From positions 2,172,001 through 2,236,000 of the forward strand of contig NC_086101.1 of assembly GCF_963921235.1 (NCBI RefSeq): a stretch of DNA of 64,000 nt. The letters are read 5' to 3'. This document shows, piece by piece, positions 1 through 12,600 of this stretch. The notes under the pieces were generated by a model. It was given only the letters and a program-made list of their open reading frames with translations. It did no database searches and had not been told where the DNA came from. Origin of the DNA: Mobula hypostoma. Taxonomy: Eukaryota. Numbering within the stretch: position 1 is the stretch's first letter; each line of letters opens with the position of its first letter. Both the position numbers and the translations under genes were made by a program.

Positions 1-225
1 GATATAGATGACAAATAACAATGGACCCAGCACTGATCCCTGTGGCACACCACTAGTCACAGGCCTCCACTCTGAGAAGCAATCCTACTACCATTCTTTG
101 GTTTCTTCCATTGAGCCAATGTCTGATCCAATTTACCACCTCTCTATGTATACCTAGCAACTGAATTTTCCTAACTAACCTCCTATGCGGGACCTTGTCA
201 AAGGCCTTACTGAAGTCCATGTACC
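1..225 (-). mobile_element. CR1 LINE RT fragment
   Basis: Reverse complement encodes [20 protein letters not shown]. Confidence 0.9.
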
Positions 226-274
226 CATCCCTGCTTAAGGTTGGTCTTGGGCTGGTCTTTGTTCAGTGGGAGAT

Positions 275-668
275 GAAAGTTGCCTCACAGGTGGATAGGG
301 TAGTTAAGAAAGCCTATGGGGTGTTAGCTTTCATAAGTCGAGGGATAGAGTGTAGAGTCGCGATGTAATGATGCAGCTCTATAAAACTCTGGTTAGGCCA
401 CACTTGGAGTACTGTGTCCACTTCTGGTCACCTCACTATAGGAAGGATGTTGAAGCATTGGAAAGGGTACAGAGGAGATTTACCAGGATGCTGCCTGGTG
501 TAGAGAGTGTGCATTATGATCAGAGATTAAGGGAGCTAGGGCTTTACTCTTTGGAGAGAAGGAGGATGAGAGGAGACGTGATAGAGGTATACAAGATAAT
601 AAGAGGAATAGATAGAGTGGATAGCCAGCACCTCTTCCCCAGGGCACCACTGCTCAGTACAAGAGGCA
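275..668 (+). mobile_element. CR1 LINE ORF2 3' fragment
   Basis: [24 protein letters not shown]...[11 protein letters not shown]. Confidence 0.9.
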
Positions 669-751
669 GCTTTCAGGGATCTGTGGACATGTAACCCCAG
701 ATCCCTCTGCTCCTCGACACTACCAAGTATCCTGCCATTTACTTTGTATTT

Positions 752-2832
752 TGCCAGTCACTACGGAAAAGGATCTTGGCGATTGTTGGGATGATTTACA
801 TCGGACTGAAAAGCTTGACCGTGTAGATATTAAGGAAGAGGATGTGCTGGAGATTTTGGAAAGCATCAAGTTGGATAAGTCAATGGGACCAGACGAGATG
901 TACCCCAGGCTACTGTGGGAGGCGAGGGAGGAGATTGCTGAGCCTCTGGTGATGACCTTTGCATCATCAGTGGGGACGGGAGAGGTTTCAGAGGGTTGGA
1001 GGTTGTTCCCTTATTCAAGAAAGGGGGCAGAGAGAGCCCAGGAAATTGTAGACCAGTGAGTCTTACTTCAGTGGTTGGAAAGTTGATGGAAAAGATCCTG
1101 AGAGGCAGGATTATGAACGTTTGGAGAGGCATAATATGATTAGGAACAGTCAGCATGGCTTTGTCAAAGGCAGGTTGTGCCTTACGAGCCTGATTGAATT
1201 TTTTGAGGATGTGACTAAATAGATATAGTGTATATGGATTTCAGCAAGGCATTTGATAAGGTACCCCATACAAGGCTTATTGAGAAAGTAAGGAGGCATG
1301 GGATCCAAGGGGATATTGCTTTGTGGATCCAGAACTGGCTTGCCCACAGAAGGCAAAGAGTGGTTGTAGACGGGTCATATTCTGCATGGAGGTCGGTGAC
1401 CAGTGGTGTGCCTCAGGGATCTGTTCTGGGACCCCTTCTCTTCGTGATTTTTATGAAAGACCTGGATGAGGAAGTGGAGGGATGGGTTAGTAAATTTGCT
1501 GATGACACAAATGTTGGGGGTGTTATGAATAGTGCAGAGGGCTGTTAGAGGTTACAGCGGGACACTTCTCTGTGGATTGTCACCTTGTCGTGGTGGAGAA
1601 GCTTGTGTGGTCCTGTGATCCTGAGAGCAATGCCGTCTGGAGCTATGCTCCTGGTAAGGTCACCCATGGCGGTAAGGTCGAGGGTGAGGTCCCTGACAAA
1701 GAACAATCCAACCAAGACCTCAACGGTGGAACAGGCGGATGAAGTTACTTTGAACTCAACGGCTGTGAAGGCGGATGAAGGCTGCAACAAATCCATCAGC
1801 TCCAATCGTCATGGTTTCCATGCCATTGGAATCAGTTGGTTGATTTGTGAAGTATCGTGTGCTTCTTGGAGTGCAACATCAAGTACACGTTAAACAAATA
1901 CACGCACAGGCGTCTTCACTCTGTGGGCTCAATGGAACGAAGACCATCATCCTCGACCTCGAGAGATAGCCACAACGACAACAGCGGGACATCGATAGGA
2001 TGCAAAACTGGCCTGAGAAGTGGCAGATGGAGTTCAACCCAGATAAGTGTGAAGTGGTTCATTTTGGTCGGTCAAATATGATGGCAGAATATAGTATTAA
2101 TGGTAAGACTCTTGGCAGTGTGGAGGATCAGAGGGATCTTGGGGTCCGAGTCCATAGGACACTCAAAGCAGCTGCGCAGGTTGACTCTGTGGTTAAGAAG
2201 GCATACGCTGCATTGGCCTTCATCAATCATGGGATTGAGTTTAGGAGCCGAGGGGTAATGTTGCAGCTATATAGGACCCTGGTCAGACCCCAATTGGAGT
2301 ACTGTGCTTAGTTCTGGTCGCCTCACTACAGGAAGGATGTGGAAACCATAGAAAGGATGCAGAGGAGATTTACAAGGATGTTGCCTGGATTGGAAAGCGT
2401 GCCTTATGAGAACAGATTGAGTGAACTTGGTCTTTTTTCCTTGGAGCGATGGAGGATGAGAGGTGACCTGGTAGAGGTGTATAAGATGATGAGAGGCATT
2501 GATCGTGTGGATAGCCAGAGGCTTTTTCCCAGGGGTGAGATGGCTGCCACAAGAGGGCACAGTTTTAAGGTGCTGGGGAGTAGATACAGAGGAGATGTCA
2601 GGGGTAAGTTTTTTACGCAGAGAGTGGTGAGTACGTGGAATGGGCTGCTGGCGGTGGTGGTGGAGGCGGGTACGATGGGGTCTTTTAAGAGACTTTTGGA
2701 TAGGTACATGGAGCTTAGAAAAATAATGGGCTATGGGTAACCCTTGGTAATTTCTAAGGTAAGGACATGTTCGGCACAGCTTTGTGGGCCAATGGACCTG
2801 TATTGTGCTGTAGGTTTCCTATGTTCTATGTT
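752..2832 (+). mobile_element. 5'-truncated decayed CR1 LINE (RT to 3' tail), interrupted by an insertion at 1565-1980
   Basis: [34 protein letters not shown]; ends in ...tgtaggtttcctatgttctatg tail; frameshifts and stops. Confidence 0.93.
1565..1980 (+). mobile_element. 416-bp non-autonomous RTE-like retroelement with 11-bp TSD
   Basis: ACAGCGGGACA repeated at 1554-1564 and 1981-1991, and the host CR1 resumes exactly. 5' end resembles recalled RTE/BovB/Expander 5' UTRs; 3' hairpin plus short acaacgaca tail. Confidence 0.75.
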
Positions 2833-3510
2833 AAATACCTACAGCATAGAAGTAAAAATGTGAACCAGGGCATTACACTTGCATAAAAACACAATGACTG
2901 AAGTTCAGTTTATGCTTTCATAGATGCCCTGGGTAATTACAATTTGACATGCCAATTGCCATTACATTCTGGTCGTCTTCTCACTTCTTCTGGAGTTAGA
3001 TAATATGTCAGTGGATGTTGTACACTCTATTCCTCTGAGCACTTCTCCAGTGTCCTTACCATCCATGCACATGAACTAAAGCTGGAGCAGTTTTCCATTA
3101 AACTTTGCTGATTCTAAAGCCTAGTTCTCGCACTCGATTACCCAAACTGAACCAAATGCTTTGCGAGACAATTTCTCAATCACAAGCAGCAAAGTTCTTG
3201 GTACACCTTGCATACCATTTGATTGGATTCAAAAGAAGAGGATTTGAGTCGGTTGGATTACCACAACAGCAGGCAGGCACTAAATAAAGACTTCATGATA
3301 TATTAATTTGGTGGGCAATTCCTGATGGTAAAAACTGAGAAATTACTCCAGCAGTGGGGCTAATCCTCCCAGTTAAGGTTGCTGGATGTTTGAGTATATT
3401 CCTCAGTTTGCTTTAAGTAGGCCAGTTAAGGTGTGTGTGTGAAATTGATAGCAATGCGGTACACTCTTTCTTTCTCTCCCTCCACCCCCCCCCACCTCCC
3501 CCTTATTTAG

Positions 3511-3625
3511 CCAGTTGGGGCTGGGGCTGTGAAGAAAGTTGCCTTCAGTAGTGTCTCCCTCAGTACATCCAGGAGCAAGGTGGCGTCAAGCATGGCTGGC
3601 AAGGGGGCGAAGAGTCACTATGGAG
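3511..3625 (+). CDS. KIFC1: KIFC1 exon, basic N-terminal tail ([38 protein letters not shown])
   Basis: Long pyrimidine tract ending tttag, donor GAG|gtatat, phase 0-1 fits the next exon; K/S/A-rich. No strong motif, so less certain. Confidence 0.7.
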
Positions 3626-6600
3626 GTATATGACCTCTCCCTTCTCTCATTTCTCCATGAATGCAATCTGTGTGTTGTCAGCCTCGGGGTGGTATGGACA
3701 GGGTGGGTAAACTTTGCCCTCGGGGTGGTACAGACAGGGGGTGGCTAAACTGGGCCCTCGGGGCGGTACGGACGGGGGGTGGGTAAACTGTGCCCTCGGG
3801 GTGGTATGGACAGTGTGGGTAAACTGGGCCCTCGGGGTGGTACGGACAGTGTGGGTAAACTGTGCCCTCGGGGTGGTATGGACAGTGTGGGTAAACTGGG
3901 CCCTCGGGGCGGTACGGACAGGGGGTGGGTAAACTGTGCCCTCGGGGCGGTACGGACAGGGGGTGGGTAAACTGGGCCCTCGGGGTGGTACGGACGGGGG
4001 GTGGGTAAACTGTGCCCTCGGGGTGGTATGGACAGTGTGGGTAAACTGGGCCCTCGGGGCGGTACAGACGGGGTGGCTAAACTGGGCCCTCGGGGCGGTA
4101 CGGACAGGGGGTGGGTAAACTGGGCCCTCGGGGTGGTACGGACGGGGGGTTGGGTAAACTGTGCCCTCGGGGTGGTATGGACAGTGTGGGTAAACTGGGC
4201 CCTCGGGGCGGTACGGACAGGGGGTGGGTAAACTGTGCCCTCGGGGCGGTACGGACAGGGTGGGTAAACAGTGCCCTCGGGGCGGTACGGACAGGGGGGG
4301 TAAACTGTGCCCTCGGGGAGGTACGGACAGGGGGTGGGTAAACTGTGCCCTCGGGGTGGTATGGACAGTGTGGGTAAACTGGGCCCTCGGGGTGGTACGG
4401 ACGGGGGGCGGGTAAACTGTGCCCTCGGGGTGGTATGGACAGTGTGGGTAAACTGGGCCCTCGGGGTGGTACGGACGGGGGGTGGGTAAACTGTGCCCTC
4501 GGGGTGGTATGGACAGTGTGGGTAAACTGGGCCCTCGGGGTGGTATGGACAGGGTGGGTAAACTGCCCTCGGGGTGGTATGGACAGGGAGTGGGTAAACT
4601 GTGCCCTTGGGGTGGTACAGACAGGGGATGGGTAATGTGCCCTCAGGGTGGTATGGACAGGGGGTGGGTAAACTGGGCCCTCGGGGTGGTACGGACAGAG
4701 GGTGGTTAGTTGTTGGCCCTCGTGGTGGTACGGACAGTGTGGGTAAACTGTGCCCTCGGGGAGGTACGGACGGGGGGTGGGTAAACTGTGCCCTCGGGGT
4801 GGTATGGACAGTGTGGGTAAACTGGGCCCTCGGGATGGTACGGACGGGGGGTGGGTAAACTGTGCCCTCGGGGTGGTATGGACAGTGTGGGTAAACTGGG
4901 CCCTCGGGGTGGTACGGACGGGGGGTGGGTAAACTGTGCCCTCGGGGTGGTATGGACAGTGTGGGTAAACTGTGCCCTCGGGGCGGTACGGACAGGGGGT
5001 GGGTAAACTGTGCCCTCGGGGCGGTACGGACAGTGTGGGTAAACTGTGCCCTCGGGGCGGTACGGACAGGGGGTGGGTAAACTGTGCCCTCGGCGGTACG
5101 GACAGGGGGTGGGTAAACTGTGCCCTCGGGGCGGTACGGACAGTGTGGGTAAACTGTGCCCTCGGGGCGGTACGGACAGGGGGTGGGTAAACTGTGCCCT
5201 CGGGGCGGTACGGACAGGGGGTGGGTAAACTGTGCCCTCGGGGAGGTACGGACAGGGGGTGGGTAAACTGTGCCCTCGGGGCGGTACGGACAGGGGGTGG
5301 GTAAACTGGGCCCTCGTTACGGACGGGGTGGGTAAACTGTGCCCTCGTGGCGGTACGGACAATGTGGGTAAACTGGGACCTCGGAGCGGTACGGACAGGG
5401 TGAGTAAACTGTGCCCTCGGGGCGGTACGGACAGGGTGGGTAAACTGGGCCCTCGTTACGGACGGGGTGGGTAAACTGTGCCCTCGGGGCAGTACGGACA
5501 GGGGGTGGGTAAACTGTGCCCTCGGGGCGGTACGGACAGGGGGTGGGTAAACTGTGCCCTCGGGGCGGTACGGACAGGGGGTGGGTAAACTGGGCCCTCG
5601 GGGCGGTACGGACAGGGGGTGGGTAAACTGGGCCCTCGGGGCGGTACGGACAGGGTGGGTAAACTGTGCCCTCGGGGCGGTACGGACGGGGGGGGTAAAC
5701 TGGGCCCTCGGGGCAGTACGGACAGGGGGTGGGTAAACTGTGCCCTCGGGGCGGTACGGACAGGGAGTGGGTAAACTGGGCCCTCGTGGCAGTACGTACA
5801 GGGTGGGTAAACTGGGCCCTCGTGGCGGTACGGACAGGGTGAGTAAACTGGGCCCTCGTGGCGGTACGGACAGGGTGGGTAAACTGGGCCCTCGTTACGG
5901 ACGGGGTGGGTAAACTGTGCCCTCGGAGCGGTACGGACAGTGTGGGTAAACTGGGCCCTCGTGGCGGTACGGACAGGGTGGGTAAACTGGGCCCTCATTA
6001 CGGACGGGGTGGGTAAACTGTGCCCTCGGGGCGGTACGGACAGGGTGTGGGTAAACTGTGCCCTCGATGCGGTACGGAGAGGGGGTGGGTAAACTGTGCC
6101 CTCGGGGCGGTACGGACAGGGGGTGGGTAAACTGGGCCCTCGGGGCGGTACGGACAGGGGGTGGGTAAACTGTGCCCGCGGGGCGTTACGGACATGGGGT
6201 GGGTAAACTGTGCCCTCGGGGCGGTACGGACAGTGTGGGTAAACTGTGTCCTCGGGTCGGTACGGACAGGGGGTGGGTAAACTGTGCCCTCGGGGTGGTA
6301 CGGACAGTGTGGGTAAACTGTGCCCTCGGGGCGGTACGGACAGGGGGTGGGTAAACTGTGCCCTCGGGGCGGTACGGACGGGGTGGGTAAACTGTGCCCT
6401 CCGGGCGGTACGGTCAAGGTGGGTAAACTCTGCCCTCCGGGCGGTACGGACAGTGTGGGTAAACTGTGCCCTCGGGGCGGTACGGACAGGGTGGGTAAAC
6501 TGTGCCCTCGGGGAGGTACGGACAGGGGGTGGGTAAACTGTGCCCTCGATGCAGTACGGACAGGGTGGGTAAACTGGGCCCTCGGACGGGGTTGGTAAAC

Positions 6601-9600
6601 TGTGCCCTCGGGGCGGTACGGACAGGGGGTTGGTAAACTGTGCCCTCGGGGCGGTACGGACAGGGGGTGGGTAAACTGTGCCCTCGGGGTGGTACGGACG
6701 GGGTGGGTAAACTGTGCCCTCGGGGTGGTACGGACAGGGGGTGGGTAAACTGTGCCCTCGGGGAGGTACGGACAGGGGGTGGGTAAACTGTGCCCTCGGG
6801 GAGGTACGGACGGGGTGGGTAAACTGGGCCCTCGGGGCGGTAGGGACAGGGGCTGGGTAAACTGTGCCCTCGGGGAGGTACGGACAGGGGGTGGGTAAAC
6901 TGTGCCCTCGGGGTGGTACGGACAGGGGGTGGGTAAACTGGGCCCTCGGGGCGGTACGGACAGGGGGTGGGTAAACTGTGCCCTCGGGGCAGTACGGACA
7001 GGGTGGGTAAACTGTGCCCTCGGGGAGGTACGGACAGGGGGTGGGTAAACTGTGCCCTCGATGCAGTACGGACAGGGTGGGTAAACTGGGCCCTCGGACG
7101 GGGTGGGTAAACTGTGCCCTCGGGGCGGTACGGACAGGGGGTGGGTAAACTGTGCCCTCCGGGCGGTACGGACAGTGTGGGTAAACTGTGCCCTCGGGGC
7201 GGTACGGACAGTGGGTGGTTAAACTGGGACCTCGGGGCGGTACGGACAGTGTGGGTAAACTGTGCCCTCGAGGCGGTACGGACAGGGGGTGGGTAAACTG
7301 TGCCCTCGGGGCGGTACGGACAGGGGGTGGGTAAACTGGGCCCTCGTTACGGACGGGGTGAGTAAACTGTGCCCTCGAGGCGGTACGGACGGGGGGTGGG
7401 TAAACTGGGCCCTCGGGGCGGTACAGACAGGGTGGGTAAACTGTGCCCTCGGGGCGGTACGGACAGGGGGTGGGTAAACTGGGCCCTCGGGGCGGTACGG
7501 ACAGGGTGAGTAAACTGTGCCCTCGAGGCGGTACGGACAGGGGGTGGGTAAACTGGGCCCTCGGGGCGGTACGGACAGGGGGTGGGTAAACTGGGCCCTC
7601 GGGGCGGTACGGACAGGGGGTGGGTAAACTGGGCCCTCGGGGCGGTACGGATAGTGTGGGTAAACTGGGCCCTCGGGGCTGTAGGGACAGGGGGTGGGTA
7701 AACTGTGCCCTCGGGGCGGTACGGACAGGGGGTGGGTAAACAGTGCCCTCGGGGCGGTACGGACAGGGGGTGGGTAAACTGTGCCCTCGGGGCGGTACGG
7801 ACAGGGGGTGGGTAAACTGTGCCCTCGGGGCGGTACGGACAGGGGGTGGGTAAACAGTGCCCTCGGGGCGGTACGGACAGGGGGTGGGTAAACTGGGCCC
7901 TCGGGGAGGTACGGACAGGGGGTGGGTAAACTGTGCCCTCCGGGCGGTACGGACAGTGTGGATAAACTGTGCCCTCGGGGCGGTACGGACAGGGGTGGGT
8001 AAACTGGGCCCTCGGGGAGGTACGGACAGGGGGTGGGTAAACTGGGCCCTCGGGGAGGTACGGTCAGGGGGTGGGTAAACTGTGCCCTCGGGGCGGTACG
8101 GACAGGGGGTGGGTAAACTGGGCCCTCGGGGAGGTACGGTCAGGGGGTGGGTAAACTGTGCCCTCGGGGCGGTACGGACAGGGGGTGGGTAAACTGGGCC
8201 CTCGGGGAGGTATGGTCAGGGGGTGGTTAGTTGTCCGCCCTCGTGGTGGTATGAATGAAGTGGTGAAAAGTGGACACAAGCCTGACCTGAGCTCACACTG
8301 TCAGCTTGTTGAACTGTTAAAGGTTTTCTCAGGCTAATGTAACAAACCACCGAGTGTTTTCCGCAGCCCGGCAGGCGATGACAGTGAAAGGGACTGAGAG
8401 CAGACCTGCAACAACGGCCACTGTTTCCAACAGCACTTCAGGTATGGACGTCCATGTCTCCAAACTCGTAAACTAGAACCAATTTCTTGTGCCATTAAAC
8501 AAAGTGAGGTGAGTTAAGAGATGGATTTAAATTGTGATGGGATGTTTTCACTGTACGGTGGGTGGGGTTTGGGGTGGGGAACTAGGAAGGAGGCGATAGG
8601 GCTCTCCTGTCCTTTTGCAGCTGAGATTGTAGTTGATCTACCATCGGGACGCTGCTCCTGCAACAGGCAACAGGTCAGCTTTAAGCTGTAGGCAAGTGGC
8701 TGTAGCAATCCCTCGTTGCCTGTGGCCTTGCTCATTGGGATTAGGGAAAGAAGCAGGTTAGCAGTTTGGGGTCTTCAGGTGTGGGACCACTTGATGGACT
8801 CTGACCTTGCCATTGTAGGGAAATGGACCATTGGGTCAGCACTCACAAAATGCTGGAGGAGCTCAACTGGTCAGCAATGAAGAGACAGTCAACACCTTGG
8901 GCCAGGACCCTTCTTCAAACTAGAAAGGAAGGGGGAAGACGCCGGAATAAAACGGTTGTGGGAGGGGGAGGGAGGCGAGCTGGAAGGTGACAGGTGAAAG
9001 CAGGTGGGTGGGGAAGGTAAAGGCCTGCGGGAAGAATCTGGAAAAGGAGGAGAACAGGCCACAAGAGATAGCGAAAGAGAAGTCAGAGGCAACAGTGGGG
9101 AACAGGAGAGAGAAGGAGGGAATCATTTCTCTGAGTCAGGATCACAGCTGGGTGAGGGGAGAGATGGCAGCTCAGACTGGGTTATCAGGAATGTCTGAGT
9201 CAGGATCACAGCTGGGTGACGGGGAGAGATGGCAGTTCAGACTGGGTTATCAGCAATATCTGAGTCAGGATCACAGCTGGGTGATGGCGAGAGATGGCAG
9301 CTCAGACTGGGTTATCAAGAATGTCTGGGTCAGAATCACCGCTGGGTGACGGCAGTAGAATTGGCAGCTCAGACTGGGTTACCAGAGCTGACTTCTTGAA
9401 TGAAGGACAGAGATGGGGTGATTGCACACAATTTTCCCCAGGGAAGGTTAAGCCACCTGTGGATGACTACATGGATAAGAAAGATTTGGTGGAATATGGG
9501 ACCATTACAGGTAAAATGTGGATAGATTAGATTGGCACTTGGGCCAGAAGACCAATCTGTATGTTTGTAACAGAAATCTGAATTTATTCTGGTGTTCAAA

Positions 9601-12600
9601 ATGCTGCAGTCCAATCAGACAAGCTATTTTCTTCAAGCCTTGGGGTTGGAGATTGGATCTTTCATCAGAGTGTTGTAGATGGGCACAGGTTGGAGCTGGC
9701 ATCTTTCATCTGACTGTCGTAGATGGGCACAGGTGGCATGGGATCTTTCATTGGACGCTGTTGTAGATGGGCACAGGTTGGAGATTGGATCTTTCATCTG
9801 ACCGTGTTGTAGTTGGGCACAAGCAGAGGTTGGACTAAATCTTCATTGACCCCCTTTTGAACGACTGATTGGACAGTGGAGCATGGTGGTGAAGTCCTGT
9901 TCGACCTGCAGAGATCGTGGAATATCCTTTGTACAGATGGCTGCAGGGGTGGATGATGGAGACCAGGGAATTGGTTGTTTCTAGAAGAGCAGAGGTGCAG
10001 AAATAGTTGAGCTGCGGCCAGCGGATCTCTGTCCACTATGGTAGAGGGGAAATCCAGGTTAGAGAGAAAACAACGTTGGACTAGAATCATTCTTTGTGTA
10101 ACTCCAAGAAAAGATCAGGGAACAATCTCTATCTAGTGGACACCAAATGTCTAAATCCCTGAATGTCTTCAGATCCACAAGTTTATTTCATGGTGGTCAC
10201 AGTGAGCAATGGACCATGTCAATCTGTGTTTCCATTGGATGCTTTCTTGTCTCAAGTTTTAAAGCAGTGAATGGTGCCTAGTTGTGCATTGCTGGGTGTT
10301 GTATCAAGACCAACCTTTCTTCAGTTGTTGAAAATGTGTTTCAATTTCAATTGAGTTTCCTGTGTCAGATACTGTAAGTAATTTCCTGTACAGGAGAACC
10401 TGAGACTTGTTGCTGCGGATCTGATGCCGCACAGGAACACTATAAAGTAAAGAACACAACAACAATAATTAAAAACATACTGAAGAACACATAAGACAGC
10501 TGGTATTCATTGATCGATTGTGTGTCCATAAAGTGATGCTGGACACAGGAGTGTCTGTGCAGAAGGTGACTGACAGGAAATGATAAAGTTGTGGGTGTCG
10601 AGGGGTGGCTTAGCGGGTGGAAGTGTTGGATTGGCCTTACTGCTTGGGGACCGTAACCGTTTGAGTCTGGTGTGGTTGTTACGGGAGTGGGACAAATAAT
10701 CCATCAGCAGGGTGGCTGGGAGCCTTCGTGATTGTCACCGGCCTTTTCCCAGCACCTTTCAGTATGTTTGGTATGACTGACAAGCAGTAGTCAGAAATTC
10801 TGTTGGTCACTGTCGAAATGTGCTCCTTTTCACAGCAGCGCTGAAGAAGCGCCCAGCTTGGGACTTGAAAGGCCAGCTGGAGGACATGAAGAAACGGATG
10901 TCGGAGTACTCGGGAAAGCTCCAGCTCTCGGAGCAGCAGAGGAAAGAGTTTCAGGAAAGTGCGGGTTTGCACAGCAAACATTTGTCTGCCGCCGTTTCAC
11001 GAAACAAGGAGCTTGAAGACAAGCTGCAGTTAGTATTCCTTTGGAAGGCTATCAGTAATGGCTGGAATTGAATTGGACAGCCCGTTGGCTTCCCTTTGCA
11101 CCCAGTGTAAATGTTGCTGCAGGCTTTGTGTTCATATTTTAGCATGAGATGGTCGCATTATTTATAGTAATACATGCAGTAAATTAATTCCAGTGGCAGT
11201 AGGTCAGAATTGTATTCAATCCTTCCACTTTCCTTGCAGTCATAACGTCTCTTAAAAGTCTCTCATGTATCTGTGTCTACTATCAAAGACAGAGCATTCC
11301 AGGCAGCCAACTCAAATGTACTGAAAGGTGTGCTTTTTATAAAATCTTGTCTCTCATATCTCCTTTGAAATTGCCCCCTCTCACCTTCAATGCACAGGGT
11401 GGGGTGCCTGGAATGCACTAGAGCCAGCCAGATACATCAGAGACTTTTAGACAGTCACATCAATATGAGGAAAGTGGAAAGATATAGACATTGTGCTGGC
11501 AGAGGGGTTACAATAGTTGGCCATTTAATTGCTAATTTAGTTTGGCACATCATTGTGGGGCAGATGGCCTGATCCTATACGGTACTGTTCCATGTTCTAG
11601 AAGGTACTCCAGCTGTCATCGCTGAAGATGAGCCTTGTGTCAGAGGGGAGGATAATCACGGAGTCTTTATCTTTTAAACGTTCTCCTAGTGTTAGTGGAT
11701 GTGGCAGAGTGTTGTTCTGATCATTCTGTTCAGGTTACTGGAGCCTCTGGTGCAGAGCACAAGTTTGGAGTTGGAGAAGTACCGACGAGAGAACGCTGCC
11801 CTACAGGAGCTGTTACAACTCCGCGACACTCAACTCAGCACTTTAACTGCTGAAGCTGAAGAACTCTCCGCTGTGGTCAAAGCGTTAAAGGTAATGTCAC
11901 ACTTCTGGGTGTTTAGATAACATTTCCCCTTCCATTCCTCAGCCAAATGAAGGGTAGGAGTAGGGGACCTTAAATCTATCCTCTAGAAACACCTGGCTTG
12001 GCTCATTCTGGTCCAGGCCTGATACTTTGCTGTTGAACAGTGTGTGAAGATTGGAGAAGGTGTTAGCTGGAGTCAGTACAGAGAGAATCATGGGGCAATT
12101 AAGGAAGGATTAAGATGATTAGAGAGTAGGATGCCTGAGTGGGGTGTTAAGTAGCAGGTGAGGTGTGGGTGGCCCTGGAGGTATCTACAGTGAGTTCAGA
12201 GGGAAGGATGAAAAAGATTTAGGGAAGAAGAGTTAAACGTGATGCCCCTCTGGAGGAGGAAGATTGATTCTTTGGACATTCCAGTTGTCCTTGGCCAGAG
12301 GCTGGAGAAACTGGAATCATTGCCACAGATGGCTGCAGAGGCCACGTCATTGGGTATATTTAAAGCAGAGGGTGCTAGATTCTTGATTAGTCAGGAGTCA
12401 AAGGTAATGGGGAGGAGACAGGAGAGTGGGGTTGAAAATAAATCAGCCCTGATGGAATGGTGGAGCAGACTCGATGGGCTGAGTGGCCTCATTCTGCTCC
12501 TGTGTCCTATGGTCTTGCAGGTGAGATGTGGCCCTTCAGCCAAAGCAAGCCTTACCCTTCTGATTTGATCACCTTCTGTACTCTGTTAACAAATGCAGCC

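Noticed and set aside
3539..8279. Dozens of 60-218 aa ORFs
   Set aside because: Translations of the 36-38-bp minisatellite.
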